Assembly: GCA_965200995.1 (NCBI GenBank)
Contig: OZ241743.1
DNA: 64,000 nt
Reading direction: 5' to 3' (one strand)
From: Mucilaginibacter sp.
GTDB taxonomy: Bacteria > Bacteroidota > Bacteroidia > Sphingobacteriales > Sphingobacteriaceae
This document shows positions 62,842-64,000 of the stretch, piece after piece (position 1 is the first letter of the stretch; each line of letters begins with the position of its first letter). The notes under the pieces are model-generated. The model was not told where the DNA came from and ran no database searches. It saw only the letters and a list, made by a program, of their open reading frames with translations. Made by a program: the position numbers and the translations under genes.

Positions 62842-64000
62842 AGTGCTGTTTATCCAGTTCGAATATAGTAACTTTTTGGGTTTGGGCGGTTACCTTGTAC
62901 CGGTTATCGGCCCGGTAGCCGCCTATCCATATCACCTCGCCGTTGCCGTTTACCAGTATGGGTATACGGCGTTTCAGGCTTAAAGGTATTTTTTGACTAA
63001 TAAAAAAATCGCTTAACTTTTTGCGCCCTTGCATCCCCAGCGGGTAAAACCAATCGCCCTGCTGCCAGGGGCGCAATATTAAAGGATATTGCAGCAAGGC
63101 AGCATCAATTACGGCTACGTTTTTATGCCTTAAAATTTCTGACTGGGTTTGATGCAAAATGTTTAACCGCCTGCCATTGTAATTTACACAAGCAGTGCCT
63201 GCTTCAATAATAACCTGGTCTATATCAGCACGTAAAGGTTCTAATAATATCCAATCGCGGTCTAAAGTTAACTGATGAGTAAGCGAGATGAACCTGCGGC
63301 CGGGGTGCCGGGTTAATGCACTTAGCAAATCTTCAACTGTTGTTCTGTTAAAGCCATACGGCCTGAGCAACTCCGGCAGCAGCAGGCGCGGAACCGGCAG
63401 TTGCCCGATTGCCTGAACCGATAACGCGGCTACGCCGTTTACCCTGCCCCAAACCAATGGCTGCACCTGTGCTAACTGGTATTGCAGCAGGGTTTCCAAA
63501 TCTTTAAAATGCTGCAGGTTACGCTGAAAGGTATGCTCCAGATCGGGATTTAATTCCTTTAGCTGAGGGATGACCTGGTGCCTTAATTTATTGCGGGCAT
63601 ATTTGACGGAAGCGTTGGAACTGTCTTCGCGGTAAGCTAATTGATGGCGGCTGACTAATTCATCTATCTGCTCACGGGTAAAGCCCAGCATCGGGCGCAC
63701 CACCCTGCCGTTAACCGGCAAAATACCGTGCAGCCCGGCTATCCCGGTGCCCCGAACCAGGTTAAGCAATATTGTTTCGATGGCATCGTTCTGATGGTGG
63801 GCTACGGCAATTACATCATAGCCCTGCTGTTGCCTGACCTGCTCAAACCAGCTATATCTGAGGTTGCGGGCGGCCATTTGAATGGATATTTGATGCGTTT
63901 TGGCGTAGTTCAATGTATCAAAGCATGACACATTGAACGGCACTTGCAACTTTTCGGCCAGTTGCCTGCAAAATTGCTCGTCGCCATCAGATTCGCTGCC
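62834..64000 (-). CDS. tilS: tRNA(Ile)-lysidine synthetase, N-terminal PP-loop part beyond the right window edge
   Basis: The reading frame stays open from 63949 to 64000 (...GSESDGDEQFCRQLAEKLQVPFNV...). It contains RNLRYSWFEQ, AHHQNDAIETILLNLVRGTG and the C-terminal TilS domain IWIGGYRADNRYKV. Confidence 0.88.
   Translation of the reverse strand, partial: GSESDGDEQFCRQLAEKLQVPFNVSCFDTLNYAKTHQISIQMAARNLRYSWFEQVRQQQGYDVIAVAHHQNDAIETILLNLVRGTGIAGLHGILPVNGRVVRPMLGFTREQIDELVSRHQLAYREDSSNASVKYARNKLRHQVIPQLKELNPDLEHTFQRNLQHFKDLETLLQYQLAQVQPLVWGRVNGVAALSVQAIGQLPVPRLLLPELLRPYGFNRTTVEDLLSALTRHPGRRFISLTHQLTLDRDWILLEPLRADIDQVIIEAGTACVNYNGRRLNILHQTQSEILRHKNVAVIDAALLQYPLILRPWQQGDWFYPLGMQGRKKLSDFFISQKIPLSLKRRIPILVNGNGEVIWIGGYRADNRYKVTAQTQKVTIFELDKQHYE

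Overview
This window looks like a chromosomal, mostly housekeeping segment of a Bacteroidota genome. The taxon is an inference from protein signatures, tightly packed genes and TTTG/TAnnTTTG-type promoter boxes; it resembles Sphingobacteriaceae. I did everything by eye from the sequence and the ORF track, with no database search and no computed statistics. From left to right, the minus strand carries the NDH-1 operon nuoA to nuoI (nuoI is cut by the window edge). Next comes a seven-gene ExbB-ExbD-ExbD-TonB-microprotein-PstS-like-TPR operon, then SUI1 and a lipid kinase. The plus strand then carries metK with a structured leader, an AT-richer block of envelope genes, a pseudo-receiver plus DUF892 pair, a 1060-aa UvrD-type helicase fused to a Cas4/AddB-like nuclease, and a plug-domain protein. 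After these come mscS, groES-groEL, and a miaB / four-helix-bundle / sigma-54 activator / lptE / acidic protein / secG string. The right half holds prolyl oligopeptidase, folP, DUF1599, DoxX-like, a lone ABC permease, aroK, glnS, a glycosyltransferase cluster (GT39, GT2, GT4), a tricorn-like S41 protease, a PhoR-like kinase with PhoU-like/PiT genes, and a partial tilS. I found no rRNA, tRNA, CRISPR array, transposase or integrase. I see no clear-cut novel multi-gene system such as a defence island. The most interesting points are: (1) a palindromic repeat inserted in frame into miaB; (2) an Avd/IVS-type four-helix-bundle gene flanked by 23-bp imperfect inverted repeats, wedged 10 nt upstream of the sigma-54 activator start; (3) the TonB operon, whose PstS-like and TPR tail gives it a Tol-Pal-like layout; (4) a family of long palindromic REP/MITE-like elements (three copies); (5) a microprotein ORF that exactly fills the nuoE-nuoF gap; (6) a helically phased 10/20-bp degenerate tandem repeat in a convergent intergenic region; and (7) a candidate SAM-II-like leader before metK.
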